From Luteibacter sp. (GTDB taxonomy: Bacteria > Pseudomonadota > Gammaproteobacteria > Xanthomonadales > Rhodanobacteraceae), in the NCBI RefSeq assembly GCF_035539195.1, contig NZ_DATLIW010000006.1, forward strand, positions 41,734 to 105,733: a stretch of 64,000 bases of DNA, written 5' to 3'. A program made the position numbers and the translations under genes. Positions 46,185-55,270 of the stretch are shown one piece after another (positions within the stretch are counted from its first letter, which is position 1; every line of letters starts with the position of its first letter). Under the pieces are notes generated by a model. The model made no database searches, had not been told where the DNA came from, and saw nothing but the letters and a program-made list of their open reading frames with translations.

Positions 46185-46571
46185 ATGAATGACTCCGTCC
46201 TCAGCCAGAGCTTCCTCGATGCCCAGCGCGAGCGCCTGCTCGACCTGCGCAAGCAGCTGGTCGGTACCGCCGACGCGGCGGGCGACGAAGAAGGCCTGCT
46301 CCAGCAGACGGCCGGCGGCGAGCCGCAGGATTCGGGCGACGACGCCGAACGCTTCGCCCAGCAGGATCGGGACGAGTCCATCCTGAGCCACAACGAGGGC
46401 CGTCTCACCGTCGTCGACCGCGCGCTGGCCAAACTCGACGAGGGCACCTACGGCATCTCGGACGGCAACGGCGAGACGATCTCCAAGGCTCGCCTCGAGG
46501 CCATCCCCGAGACGATCTACACGATCGAGGAAATGGAACAGCACGAGCGCGCCGAGCGCGCCGCCCGCTAG
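46185..46571 (+). CDS. DksA/TraR-family protein lacking all zinc-finger cysteines
   Basis: From ORF 46086..46571(+), with the start at MNDSVLSQ (46185). It has a coiled coil with an acidic tip (DSGDDAERF, matching DxxDxA), then GTYGISDGNGETISKARLEAIPETIYTIEE where the family has YGxCxxCGxxIxxxRLxxxPxxxxCxxC. Confidence 0.7.
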   Translation: MNDSVLSQSFLDAQRERLLDLRKQLVGTADAAGDEEGLLQQTAGGEPQDSGDDAERFAQQDRDESILSHNEGRLTVVDRALAKLDEGTYGISDGNGETISKARLEAIPETIYTIEEMEQHERAERAAR

Positions 46572-46640
46572 GCCGCGCTTCCCGAAACGAGGGACCAAAA
46601 CTGCAAGGAGCGCAGGGCCATCTGCTGCTACGTTGCCGCC

Positions 46641-47759
46641 ATGAACTTACGTATCGGCATCGTCGGCGGTTCCATGGGCGGTTTGTTCGCAGCCAGCGTA
46701 CTGCGTGCCGCCGGGCATGACGTGCATGTTTTCGAACGCTCCGAACGCGGACTGGAGGGCCGCGGCGCGGGCCTGGTGGGTCAACGGGAGCTGTATGCGA
46801 TCCTGCGCATGCTCGGCTGCGAACAGGCCGCCCGCGTCGGCGTGCTCGCCCACGAACGGATCACCTTCGCACGAAACGGCAGCATCGCCCAGCGCGACGT
46901 GACGCCGCAGACGCAGATCTCATGGGATCACCTCTATCGCACCGTGCGGCACCTTTTACCGCCTGCGGCGTACCGCGTGGGTGCGCGGGTCGTTCGTGTC
47001 GAGAACGGGGCTTCGGCAGCAAGCGTGATACTCGATGACGGCCAGACGCATCGCTTCGACCTGGTCATCGGCGCCGACGGTATCGGTTCGGTGGCGCGGG
47101 CGGCGGTGAGCCATGGCCCCACCGCGAGCACCTATGCGGGCTATGTCGCCTGGCGCGGACTGATTGCCGAGGACACGCTTCCTGCCGAAGCCGCGAAGGT
47201 GCTGTCCGAACGCTTCGCCTTCTACCACATGCACGGATCGCAGATCCTCGGCTATCTGGTCCCCGGTCCGGGCGGCGAGACGGCGCCGGGTCAGCGGCGC
47301 TACAACTGGGTGTGGTACCGACAGGCGGCCGAGGGTGTCGCGCTCGATCGGTGGCTCACCGGCAGCGACGGGCGTCTTCGCGAGTACTCGGTGGCGCGGG
47401 GCGACATACCGGACACCCTGCGCGATGAACTGTGGACCGCGGCGCGCGAGCTGCTGCCCACGCCTTTCGCCCTGGCGGTGGAGGCCGAACCCACACCGTC
47501 CATCCAGGCGATCTTCGACTACGAGAGCACGCGCATGGTCCGCGACCGCGTGGCCCTCCTCGGCGATGCCGCCTTCGTCGTGCGGCCGCACACGGCGATG
47601 GGCGTGGCCAAGGCCGCAGGCGATGCCATGACGCTCGTGGCCGCACTGGATCGCCTGCCTCTGGAGAAGGCGCTGGTCGTTTACGAGGCCGAACGCCTGG
47701 CCGAGGGACACCGCCTTGCGGTCTACGGCAGGGAACTCGGGCGCCCCCTGACCGCCTGA
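46641..47759 (+). CDS. FAD-dependent monooxygenase (aromatic-ring hydroxylase-like)
   Basis: Rossmann N-terminus RIGIVGGSMGGLFAASVLRAAGHDVHVFER, DLVIGADGIGS, and GDAAFVVRPHTAMGVAKA. Confidence 0.85.
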   Translation: MNLRIGIVGGSMGGLFAASVLRAAGHDVHVFERSERGLEGRGAGLVGQRELYAILRMLGCEQAARVGVLAHERITFARNGSIAQRDVTPQTQISWDHLYRTVRHLLPPAAYRVGARVVRVENGASAASVILDDGQTHRFDLVIGADGIGSVARAAVSHGPTASTYAGYVAWRGLIAEDTLPAEAAKVLSERFAFYHMHGSQILGYLVPGPGGETAPGQRRYNWVWYRQAAEGVALDRWLTGSDGRLREYSVARGDIPDTLRDELWTAARELLPTPFALAVEAEPTPSIQAIFDYESTRMVRDRVALLGDAAFVVRPHTAMGVAKAAGDAMTLVAALDRLPLEKALVVYEAERLAEGHRLAVYGRELGRPLTA

Positions 47760-47862
47760 AGTGCCGACCTCCGCACATTTGTCGTATCCGACCCCCTGAC
47801 CACGATAGACGGCGGCGGCAGCGCCCCGATATGCTTCGGCGCAGGGGAAGTAGGGGTATGAC

Positions 47863-48201
47863 GTGTCTGAGTTGACGACGAAAAGCATCCTCCACACGCG
47901 CACGTCGCATTTCGTGTCGGGGGTCGCCACAGGCATGGCCATCACGGGACCCACCGACGACGGTTTCCTGCACATGCACTTCTTTCGCGAAGTGCAGCGC
48001 ATTACCAATGACGACGTACCTGCGCGCTCGTTGTCGCCGAACGAGATGGAGCTGGCCTGGGGTCACGCGGAGGCGAACATCCATCTGCATCGCGAGGAGA
48101 TCGCGGTGATCTCGATCCCGGTCGGACGCCTGCCCGTCATCAGTACCTCGATCGCCCGCGCCATGCGCTTCGTGGCCACCCTGACGACGCGATCCCCGTG
48201 A
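47863..48201 (+). CDS. hypothetical protein (112 aa)
   Basis: A GTG-initiated ORF preceded by a purine-rich stretch. No recognisable motif was seen. The sequence is visibly more A/T-rich than the neighbouring genes. Confidence 0.4.
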   Translation: MSELTTKSILHTRTSHFVSGVATGMAITGPTDDGFLHMHFFREVQRITNDDVPARSLSPNEMELAWGHAEANIHLHREEIAVISIPVGRLPVISTSIARAMRFVATLTTRSP

Positions 48202-48208
48202 GCCGAAC

Positions 48209-49801
48209 TCAGGGACTCTGCCGGTCGTTCTCGGCGGAGATCTCCTGCATGTCGAGATCGCGTTCGAAATAGTGCAGCAGCTCATCGTGGATCTGGCCCG
48301 AGCGGTGTAAGCGGAGCAGTTCCGCCCGCCCTGCCGCGATAGCGGCGAGGATCACGTCGTAATGCGCCTCACGGCCGCCGGTGAAGTCCTGCGGCGCGAT
48401 GGCATAACGTTCGGCGACCGTCACCCGGTAGGTGTACTGTTCGAGCAGCCGCGGATGCACCAGCTGCCCCTGGCTGTCGTATGCACGCGCCTTGACCGCC
48501 TCCAGCTGTGCGATATCGATCAGCCTGTTGGCCTGGCCTTCGTTGAGGTGGGCCGTGTCGACATGCACGGCACGATCCAGTTTCAGCCAGCGGATGACCG
48601 GGGCGATCGTGCCGCCCTGGACGACCACGGTGACCAGGATCACGGCGAAGGCCGCGGCGAGCGTCAGGTCGCGGCCGGGCATCTGCTCGGGCAGGGAGAG
48701 CGCGATCGCCAGTGTGACCACGCCGCGCATGCCCGCCCAGCTGAGCAGGAACGAGGCCGAAGGCGATGGTGGCGCGACTTTCCTCCCGACCATGCGCGCG
48801 AGCGGCATGCGGAGGTAATCCGTGGCATAGATCCACAGGAATCGCGAAAGGATCACGGCGGCGAGCACCGCGAGAATCGGCACGCCCAGGGCATCCAGCG
48901 CGCTGCCGATGCCGCCGAGACGCTCGACCACACCGCGCAGGGAAAAGCCGATGAGGATGAAGACCAAGGCTTCGAGCAGGAAGATCATCACCGCCCAGAA
49001 CGCCGTGGCGCGCATGCGCACGTTGGCCGGGAAGATGTCGTGCTGGTACCAGCCCAACAGGATGCCGGTGGTCACGACCGAAAGCACGCCGGAAACATGC
49101 AGGCTTTCCCCGCCGATGTACGCCGCCCAGGGCGACAGGCAGGCCGCCGTGATCGCAAGATAGACGTGGGTGATGCGACGGACCACCTGGACCGCGACGA
49201 GGCCGACCGCCGCACCCACGGCGATGCCCCCCGCCGCGAGGCCGACGAAGCTGAGCGCGGCCTCCTGTGCGCTGAACGCGCCGGTGAGCGCGGCGGCGAC
49301 AGCGAAGCGGAACAGCACCAGGCCCGTCGCGTCGTTGAGCAGGCTCTCGCCCTCGAGCAGGACCATCAGTCGCCGCGGCAGACGCACCTTGCCGAGGACG
49401 GCCTTCGCGGCCACGGCATCCGGCGGCGACACCACGGCACCCAGTGCGAAACACGCCGCCCAGGGCAACGAAGGCACGATCCAGTGCACGGTGGCACCGA
49501 CGGCAAGCGTGGTGAACACCACCGCGCCGATAGCGAGCCACAGGATCCCGCCGAGGTACTGACGGAAGTCCGACCAAACCGTGTAGTAAGCACCGTCCTG
49601 AAGCAGGGGCGGCAGGAAGACGATCAGCACCAGCTCCGGGTCGAAGCTCACCGGCGGTATGCCGGGCAGGAACGCGATGCCGATGCCACCCGCCAGCAGT
49701 GCCGCGGCGGAAGGCAGCCGAAAACGACGCGCAATCAGTTCAAGCGCCAGGATCGCGACCAGAAGAATGAGTACGAACTTGAACGTTTCCGTCGACGACA
49801 T
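48209..49801 (-). CDS. Na+/H+ antiporter (CPA1 family)
   Basis: From ORF 48209..50263(-). The hydrophobic protein starts at MSSTETFKFVLILLVAILALE (ATG 49801). It contains FLPPLLQDGAY, VVSPPDAVAA and LLEGESLLNDATGLVLF, with a soluble C-terminal domain. Confidence 0.9.
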   Translation of the reverse strand: MSSTETFKFVLILLVAILALELIARRFRLPSAAALLAGGIGIAFLPGIPPVSFDPELVLIVFLPPLLQDGAYYTVWSDFRQYLGGILWLAIGAVVFTTLAVGATVHWIVPSLPWAACFALGAVVSPPDAVAAKAVLGKVRLPRRLMVLLEGESLLNDATGLVLFRFAVAAALTGAFSAQEAALSFVGLAAGGIAVGAAVGLVAVQVVRRITHVYLAITAACLSPWAAYIGGESLHVSGVLSVVTTGILLGWYQHDIFPANVRMRATAFWAVMIFLLEALVFILIGFSLRGVVERLGGIGSALDALGVPILAVLAAVILSRFLWIYATDYLRMPLARMVGRKVAPPSPSASFLLSWAGMRGVVTLAIALSLPEQMPGRDLTLAAAFAVILVTVVVQGGTIAPVIRWLKLDRAVHVDTAHLNEGQANRLIDIAQLEAVKARAYDSQGQLVHPRLLEQYTYRVTVAERYAIAPQDFTGGREAHYDVILAAIAAGRAELLRLHRSGQIHDELLHYFERDLDMQEISAENDRQSP

Positions 49802-49870
49802 GATGGCCCCTGCGCTAGCGGGACGCCCCGCTCGGTCACAAGCATAGACGAGGAGGACTATCCTTGGCCG

Positions 49871-50809
49871 ATGGACCGAATCGAAGCCATGAAAGTGTTC
49901 GTCGCCACGCTGGACGAGGGCAGCCTTGCAGGCGCCGGACGCCGGCTTTCGCGATCGCCCGCCGCGGTAAGCCGCGCCATCGCCTTCCTCGAGAATCACG
50001 TCGGCGCGGAGCTGCTGCATCGGACCACCCGGTCGATCCGGCTCAGCGAAGCGGGCGAGCGCTACGCGGCCGCGTGCCGCCGTGTGCTGGCCGAACTGGA
50101 TGAGGCCGACTTGAGCGTGGCAGGCGAGCGCGCATCGCCGCGCGGGACGCTCACGATCACCGCGCCGCCGGTCAGTGGCGAAGACATCCTTCGTCCCGTG
50201 GTCGACGCGTACCTTGAAGCCTATCCGGACGTATCGATCCACTTCGTGCTGCTCGACCGCCACGCCAGCCTCGTCGACGAAGGCATCGACATCGCCTTGC
50301 GCGTGGGCGATCTGCAGGACTCCTCCATGGTCGCCACCCGCGTCGGTGGCAATGTGAAGCGCGTGGTGGCGGCTTCACCGGCCTACCTCGAATCCCACCC
50401 GGCCATCCGCGAGCCTGGCGACCTCCTCCAGCATCGGATCATCACCACGACGCATTTTGGTCACGATACCTGGGTGTTCCCGCCTGCGCCGGGCAGTTCC
50501 GTGCCGCGCTCCATCCGTTTCAAGCCACGACTGGTGGTGAACAGCGTGCGGGCCGCCATGGCCTCCTCCGTGGCGCATCACGGCGTGACGCGCCTGTACA
50601 CCTACCACGTGGCCGACCGCGTCCAGGACGGATCGCTCCGCCTGGTGCTTCGCCACGCCGAGTCGGCCGGACTACCCGTGCACCTCATCACGCCGAACGG
50701 TCGACTCGCCGTGCCCAAGGTCCGCAGCTTCGTCGACTTCGCCGTGCCGCTGCTGCGCGCCGAGTTCGCCCGCCTGATGGCCCAGGCCGACGCGCTCGAC
50801 GGCAAGTAG
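49871..50809 (+). CDS. LysR family transcriptional regulator
   Basis: MDRIEAMKVFVATLDEGSLAGAGRRLSRSPAAVSRAIAFLENHVGAELLHRTTRSIRLSEAG plus a LysR substrate-binding domain. It is the 3' part of the chimeric ORF 48362..50809 and is divergent from the antiporter. Confidence 0.92.
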   Translation: MDRIEAMKVFVATLDEGSLAGAGRRLSRSPAAVSRAIAFLENHVGAELLHRTTRSIRLSEAGERYAAACRRVLAELDEADLSVAGERASPRGTLTITAPPVSGEDILRPVVDAYLEAYPDVSIHFVLLDRHASLVDEGIDIALRVGDLQDSSMVATRVGGNVKRVVAASPAYLESHPAIREPGDLLQHRIITTTHFGHDTWVFPPAPGSSVPRSIRFKPRLVVNSVRAAMASSVAHHGVTRLYTYHVADRVQDGSLRLVLRHAESAGLPVHLITPNGRLAVPKVRSFVDFAVPLLRAEFARLMAQADALDGK

Positions 50810-50834
50810 CGCCGTCGCCCACCGCCGGTGCCGG

Positions 50835-51497
50835 TCAGCGCTGCGCGGCAGCCGCTTCCGAAAGCAGGCGTACATAGCCCTGCGGATCCTGCGATCCTGA
50901 AAAGAACGGCTTGTCGTGCATGAAGTAACTGGGCACGCTGGTCACCCCTGCCTCGAGCACGGCCTGTTCCCGCCGACGCACGTCCCCTTGCAGCGAAGCC
51001 GAACGCTCCACCGCCTGGGCAGCCATGCCGACACCGGCCGCCAAGGCCTCCAGCACGCCATGGTCACCGAGGTCCTGCCCCTCGGTGAAGTACGCCACGA
51101 ACATCGCCTCGGCCAGACGCGTCTGCAAGGACGAACCGCCCTCCTTCCATGCCAGGCGAAGCAACGCGTGCGCGGCCAGCGTGTGCGAGGTACGCGGCTG
51201 CTTGTCGTAGTTGAAGACGGCACCGAGCGGCCGACCGGCGGCAACGGCACGCGCATCCATCGCCAGCGCGTTCTCCCAGCTGCCGAAGCGGGCGCTGCGG
51301 AAGGTTCGGCGATCCATACCCTCCAGCGGCAGGTTCGGATTCAGTTCGAACGGCATCCACTCCAGCTCGACCTCGATGCCCTGCCCGGCAAGTATCGCGA
51401 TGGCTTTATCCAGGCTGCGCTTGCCGATGAAGCACCAGGGGCAGATCACATCGGCGACGACCTGAAGTTTCAGTACGGTGGTGTGTTGCGTTTGCAT
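50835..51497 (-). CDS. DsbA-family dithiol oxidoreductase (FrnE/2-hydroxychromene-2-carboxylate isomerase-like)
   Basis: Thioredoxin-fold active site VICPWCFIGK; 220 aa. Confidence 0.88.
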   Translation of the reverse strand: MQTQHTTVLKLQVVADVICPWCFIGKRSLDKAIAILAGQGIEVELEWMPFELNPNLPLEGMDRRTFRSARFGSWENALAMDARAVAAGRPLGAVFNYDKQPRTSHTLAAHALLRLAWKEGGSSLQTRLAEAMFVAYFTEGQDLGDHGVLEALAAGVGMAAQAVERSASLQGDVRRREQAVLEAGVTSVPSYFMHDKPFFSGSQDPQGYVRLLSEAAAAQR

Positions 51498-51577
51498 GAG
51501 GCTGGTTCCGGTTGTCGTGTGGGAAGGAGGCTGCGTGCCCGCGGTACACCACGGGCACGCGATGCGGTCTTCGGCGA

Positions 51578-52288
51578 TCAGCGGCCGGCGTTCTGGCCAC
51601 CGTCGACGTAGAGCACCTCGCCCGTGGCGAAGCTGGCACCCTCCAGATAGAGCACGGCGTCGGTGATGTCGCCGATGTCGCCAATCCGCTTCATCGGGTT
51701 GAAGCTGGCGAGGGTCGCGAAGGTTTCCGGCGAGTGGATCGGGGTCTTGATGAAGCCGGGGGAGACGGCGTTCACGCGGATGCCTTTCTCACCGTACTCG
51801 ACGGCCAGTTCCTTCGTCACCGAGGTCAGGCCGCCCTTGGTCAGGTTGGCCAGGGCAGTCGGAACACCGGCAATGGCCTGGTTGACGAAGGTGGTGGTGA
51901 TGCTGACGACGTGACCGCTGCCCTGCTTCTCCATCTGCGCGATGGCACGCTGGGTGATGTGGAAGAAGCCGGCCAGGTTGGTCGAGATCATCGCCGCGAA
52001 ATCCGCCGCCGTGTAATCGGTGAATGGCTTGGCAATGAAGATGCCTGCGTTGTTGACCAGGGTGTCGATGCGGCCGAACTTCGCCAGCGCCTCACGCACC
52101 ACACGCTCCGCCGTGGCCGCCTCGCCGATGTCGCCAGCGACGGCGAGCACGTCCGGATCGTTGCCCTGGACGATGGAACGCGATGTCGCGACAACACGGA
52201 AACCCTTCGCGCGATAGGCTTTTACGAGGCCTTCGCCGATACCCTGCGAACCACCGGTGATGATGGCGACTTTCTGTTCGTTGCTCAT
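51578..52288 (-). CDS. SDR family NAD(P)-dependent oxidoreductase
   Basis: From ORF 51578..52477(-), with the start at MSNEQKVAIITGGSQGIG (ATG 52288, with GAGGAG upstream). It contains LVNNAGI and a C-terminal GEVLYVDGG. Confidence 0.92.
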   Translation of the reverse strand: MSNEQKVAIITGGSQGIGEGLVKAYRAKGFRVVATSRSIVQGNDPDVLAVAGDIGEAATAERVVREALAKFGRIDTLVNNAGIFIAKPFTDYTAADFAAMISTNLAGFFHITQRAIAQMEKQGSGHVVSITTTFVNQAIAGVPTALANLTKGGLTSVTKELAVEYGEKGIRVNAVSPGFIKTPIHSPETFATLASFNPMKRIGDIGDITDAVLYLEGASFATGEVLYVDGGQNAGR

Positions 52289-52306
52289 GTCGATCTCCTC
52301 AAGGGT

Positions 52307-52328
52307 CCGGCGATCGGACGATCGCCGG
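52307..52328. promoter_or_regulatory. perfect 10-2-10 inverted repeat just upstream of the SDR gene (operator or 5'-UTR hairpin)
   Basis: CCGGCGATCG-GA-CGATCGCCGG, 19 nt upstream of the SDR ATG. Confidence 0.3.
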
Positions 52329-52534
52329 CGGCTCTGGTCGAGCCGATGGAAGCCAAGTTGGGGACCGCGCGGAACGTGCTGAATGGTCGGCCGAAGGCAG
52401 TGTCTCTTCCGCCGGCCGCAACAATGTCCGCCGCGCTGCCTCCGGGTGAAGACCCTCGTCGGTTTGCGCCATACCACGCGCCTTCACGGCCCGCGTTCTA
52501 GAATTCGGGCATTCCCTGGCGAGACTTCAGACAC

Positions 52535-52999
52535 ATGACCCCATCGACCCTCGACGAACTGGTCAGCGAGGAAGCGGCACTGCAGTTCGACCGCTTCGGC
52601 CTGGACGACGCCTGGACGATCGGCAACGCCTTGCGCGAGGCCGCGCTCGCGCGCCTGGGCGCCGTCGCTGTCGAGATCGCCCTGCGCGACCGCCCGCTGT
52701 TCTACACCGTGACCCCCGGCGCCGATACGTCCAACGGCAACTGGATCCGGCGTAAACGCAACACCGTGCTCGCCCTGGGCACCAGCACCCTCGTCGTCGG
52801 CATGAAGCTGGCGAAGGCCGGGCAGACCCTCGAAGAGCGCTATGGATTGTCCCCGGCGGAGCACGCCTCCGATGGCGGCGGCTTCCCGGTGCGCCTGCGG
52901 TCGCTCGGCGTCATTGGGGCGATCACCGTATCGGGCATGCCCTCGCTCGAGGACCACCAGTTGGTCACCGGCGTGCTGCGCTCGTTCCTTCAGCGCTGA
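52535..52999 (+). CDS. UPF0303 / heme-degrading (GlcG/HbpS-like) domain protein
   Basis: 154 aa (FDRFGLDDAWTIGNALREAAL..., GGGFPV..., GAITVSGMPSLEDHQLV). Confidence 0.8.
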   Translation: MTPSTLDELVSEEAALQFDRFGLDDAWTIGNALREAALARLGAVAVEIALRDRPLFYTVTPGADTSNGNWIRRKRNTVLALGTSTLVVGMKLAKAGQTLEERYGLSPAEHASDGGGFPVRLRSLGVIGAITVSGMPSLEDHQLVTGVLRSFLQR

Positions 53000-54596
53000 C
53001 CGACGCCAGCGGAGGAACGTGGCTCATCACGTGCTCGGCGATAGCCGTGATGGTGAGGCTGGGATTGACGCCAAGGTTGGCCGAGAGCACGGATCCGTCG
53101 CACACGTAGAGGTTGCGGTAACCGTGGACGCGGCCGCGGCTGTCGCATACCCCGGTGGCGGCGTCCCGCCCCATCACGGCACCGCCCAGGCAATGGGCCG
53201 TCATGGGGATATCCAGAAAGATCTCCGACAGCGAGGTCATCGGCACCCCGCCCGTCGCTTGCGCCGCCTTCATGGCGAAGTCGTTCGCGACGGGGATGAA
53301 CGTCGGGATCTTCGGGCCTTCGGTCACCAGACGGCGACGAAATGGCCGGAACCATCGCCGCCCCAGCCGCATCGTGAGCTGGCCATCGAGAGTCTGCATA
53401 CACAGCAGGATCATCGACTCGCGCGCCCAGTTCCTCGTGCGAACGAGCCGGAACAAGGCGAGCGGCCGCGTCAGGAGCATGTGCAGCATCGTGAACAGCC
53501 AGCTCGTCCGACGATGACGACCCTTTGCCATCACCGTCGTCAGCAAGCCCATCACATCCGAGCCAGCCGGGTAGCGCGTGGCTTCGATGTGCGTATGCGC
53601 GTCGATATAGATACCCGACCCGATAGCGACGCCGCGCGAAAGATCTTCGGAGGAACCGGGAAAGCGAATACCGATGAGCGACTCGGCATTGGTGCGCACA
53701 CCATGTCCAAGGGCCGGCGATATCGACGGTAGCGCTCCGCTTTCGCGCAGGCGGAAGAGCAGATCCTGGGTACCCAGCGACGAGGCGGCGAAAACCACGC
53801 CTCGACAGCGCAGCCGGGTCGATACCGCGCCCTTGCGCGTGGTGACCACATAGCCTGCGGAACCATCCGGCGCGTCACCGATCGGGCGGACGTCGACCAC
53901 GCGCGTCTGCTCGATAACCGCCGCGCCACGCTTCTGGGCAAGGTAAAGGTAGTTCAGATCCAGCGTGTTCTTGGCGCCGTACCGGCAGCCGACCATGCAC
54001 CCGCCACAGCCGGTGCAGGCATGACGATCGGGGCCTTCACCGTCGAAGTAGGGGTCCGCATAGGTCTTGTCCGGCGCATCGCCCTCCTCGCCAAAGAAGA
54101 CACCGACCTCCGTCGCATAGAAGCTGTCCCCAACGCCAACGGACTTTGCCATGTCGCGCAGCCGGAAGTCCGCCGCTGCGAGTCGTCGGTTGGTGGTTAC
54201 ACCAAGCATGCGCCGCGCCGTGGCGTAGTGCGCCGGCATGATCCGCTCCCAGTCTTCCAGCCCCGCCCAGGCGCCTTCGCGCCAGACACTGGACGGCGGT
54301 TCGAGAAGCGTCTGGGCGTACGTGATGGAACCGCCGCCCACGGCATTGCCGTGCAGAACGACCACGTGGCGAAAGAAACGCATGCCGAAAAAGCCGTGCA
54401 TGCCAAGCGAGGGGGCCCAAAGCCAGCGCGACAATCGCCAGTTCGTCGTCGGCAATGTATCCGGCGCCCATCGCCGGCCCTGCTCGATCACCGCGACACG
54501 GTAACCCTTCTCCGCCAGTCGCAATGCCGCCACGCTCCCGCCGAAGCCGGAGCCGATGACGATGTAGTCGACGTCGGAGTCAGCGTTTTCTTGCAT
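52965..54596 (-). CDS. GMC family FAD-dependent oxidoreductase (cholesterol-oxidase-like)
   Basis: DYIVIGSGFGGSVAALRLAEKGYRVAVIEQG, with a C-terminal GMC motif (GNLYVCDGSVLSANLGVNPSLTI). Its 3' end overlaps the convergent UPF0303 gene by 35 nt. Confidence 0.9.
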   Translation of the reverse strand: MQENADSDVDYIVIGSGFGGSVAALRLAEKGYRVAVIEQGRRWAPDTLPTTNWRLSRWLWAPSLGMHGFFGMRFFRHVVVLHGNAVGGGSITYAQTLLEPPSSVWREGAWAGLEDWERIMPAHYATARRMLGVTTNRRLAAADFRLRDMAKSVGVGDSFYATEVGVFFGEEGDAPDKTYADPYFDGEGPDRHACTGCGGCMVGCRYGAKNTLDLNYLYLAQKRGAAVIEQTRVVDVRPIGDAPDGSAGYVVTTRKGAVSTRLRCRGVVFAASSLGTQDLLFRLRESGALPSISPALGHGVRTNAESLIGIRFPGSSEDLSRGVAIGSGIYIDAHTHIEATRYPAGSDVMGLLTTVMAKGRHRRTSWLFTMLHMLLTRPLALFRLVRTRNWARESMILLCMQTLDGQLTMRLGRRWFRPFRRRLVTEGPKIPTFIPVANDFAMKAAQATGGVPMTSLSEIFLDIPMTAHCLGGAVMGRDAATGVCDSRGRVHGYRNLYVCDGSVLSANLGVNPSLTITAIAEHVMSHVPPLASVSAEGTSAARR

Positions 54597-54820
54597 CAGG
54601 GACGGACAGGCGAGCGGATTTCAAGGAGGCAGCCGTTGAGGTCTCGCACATATCCTACCCGCTGCCCCCATGGCTTTTCTTCCACCGCTTCGACCGCGAG
54701 CGCACCGGCGGCAACCGCGTGACCGGACCGGCGGAACTCACGTGTCATGTGACCCTGGTCGCTGCAGCCGCCCCGGAGCGCGGCCTCGACCAGGCTGAGG
54801 GGACGTCGAACCTCAACCAT
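54596..54820 (-). pseudogene. possible chimeric gene remnant (AraC-type HTH tail fused to a VOC/glyoxalase C-terminal strand)
   Basis: 74-aa ORF. SLVEAALRGGCSDQGHMTREFRR resembles the second AraC HTH (..GFSDQSHFTRxFRR). EKPWGQRVGYVRDLNGCLLEIRSP resembles the last VOC beta-strands. It is far too short for either fold. Confidence 0.35.
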
Positions 54821-54882
54821 GGTTTAGGTCAAGCACGAACGTACACGACTTGCGTACACATGCCGGGCGTAGCCTTGGGGAC

Positions 54883-55101
54883 ATGGCACACCGTGACGAC
54901 CTTCAAAGCATGCTCGACCGCCTCGCCAGTGAGGTGCAGGCCGGTTTGCACGAAAATCCCGATCCGGATGCGTTCTGGCCGACGTTCGCGACGCAGTCCA
55001 ACTTCGTACTCGAGGCGGCGGGGCCGGAGCATTTCGATTGGGTGAGCTCGGAGGTATCGGCCATCTTGATGAAGCATGGGATTTCGGTGCCTGAAGCGTG
55101 A
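54883..55101 (+). CDS. hypothetical small acidic protein (72 aa; ORF opens at 54850)
   Basis: MAHRDDLQSMLDRLASEVQAGLHENPDPDAFWPTFATQSNF... has coding-like composition but no motif. Confidence 0.35.
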   Translation: MAHRDDLQSMLDRLASEVQAGLHENPDPDAFWPTFATQSNFVLEAAGPEHFDWVSSEVSAILMKHGISVPEA

Positions 55102-55270
55102 CCGCGAGCACCTGTCGCGGATAAATCGGATCCCACAGACGTTCCCGTAGGTGCCGCATTTGCGACGGTTCCGCCGCGGCGGGCACGTGCTCCATGCCAG
55201 AAGTCACGGATTTACCTGCTTAGGCCAATTTGCCAGACTCGGGCGATCGTCCCGACACTAAGGCTCCAGC

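Noticed and set aside
49844-49861. ATAG-N10-CTAT inverted repeat upstream of the LysR gene, considered as a LysR T-N11-A box.
   Set aside because: The spacing does not fit the classical T-N11-A geometry, and the repeat overlaps the likely SD (GAGGAGG) of the LysR gene. It is too weak to call.
48362-50809. 815-aa plus-strand ORF.
   Set aside because: It is chimeric. The first about 500 codons are the antisense shadow of the Na+/H+ antiporter gene. Only the last 312 codons (from ATG 49871) are the LysR regulator.
52965-52999. 35-nt 3'-end overlap of the convergent UPF0303 and GMC genes, considered as a possible annotation error or antisense regulation.
   Set aside because: Both C-termini look family-typical (…VLRSFLQR and …SAEGTSAARR tails are unconstrained). 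The overlap is plausible in compact high-GC genomes and nothing further supports regulation.
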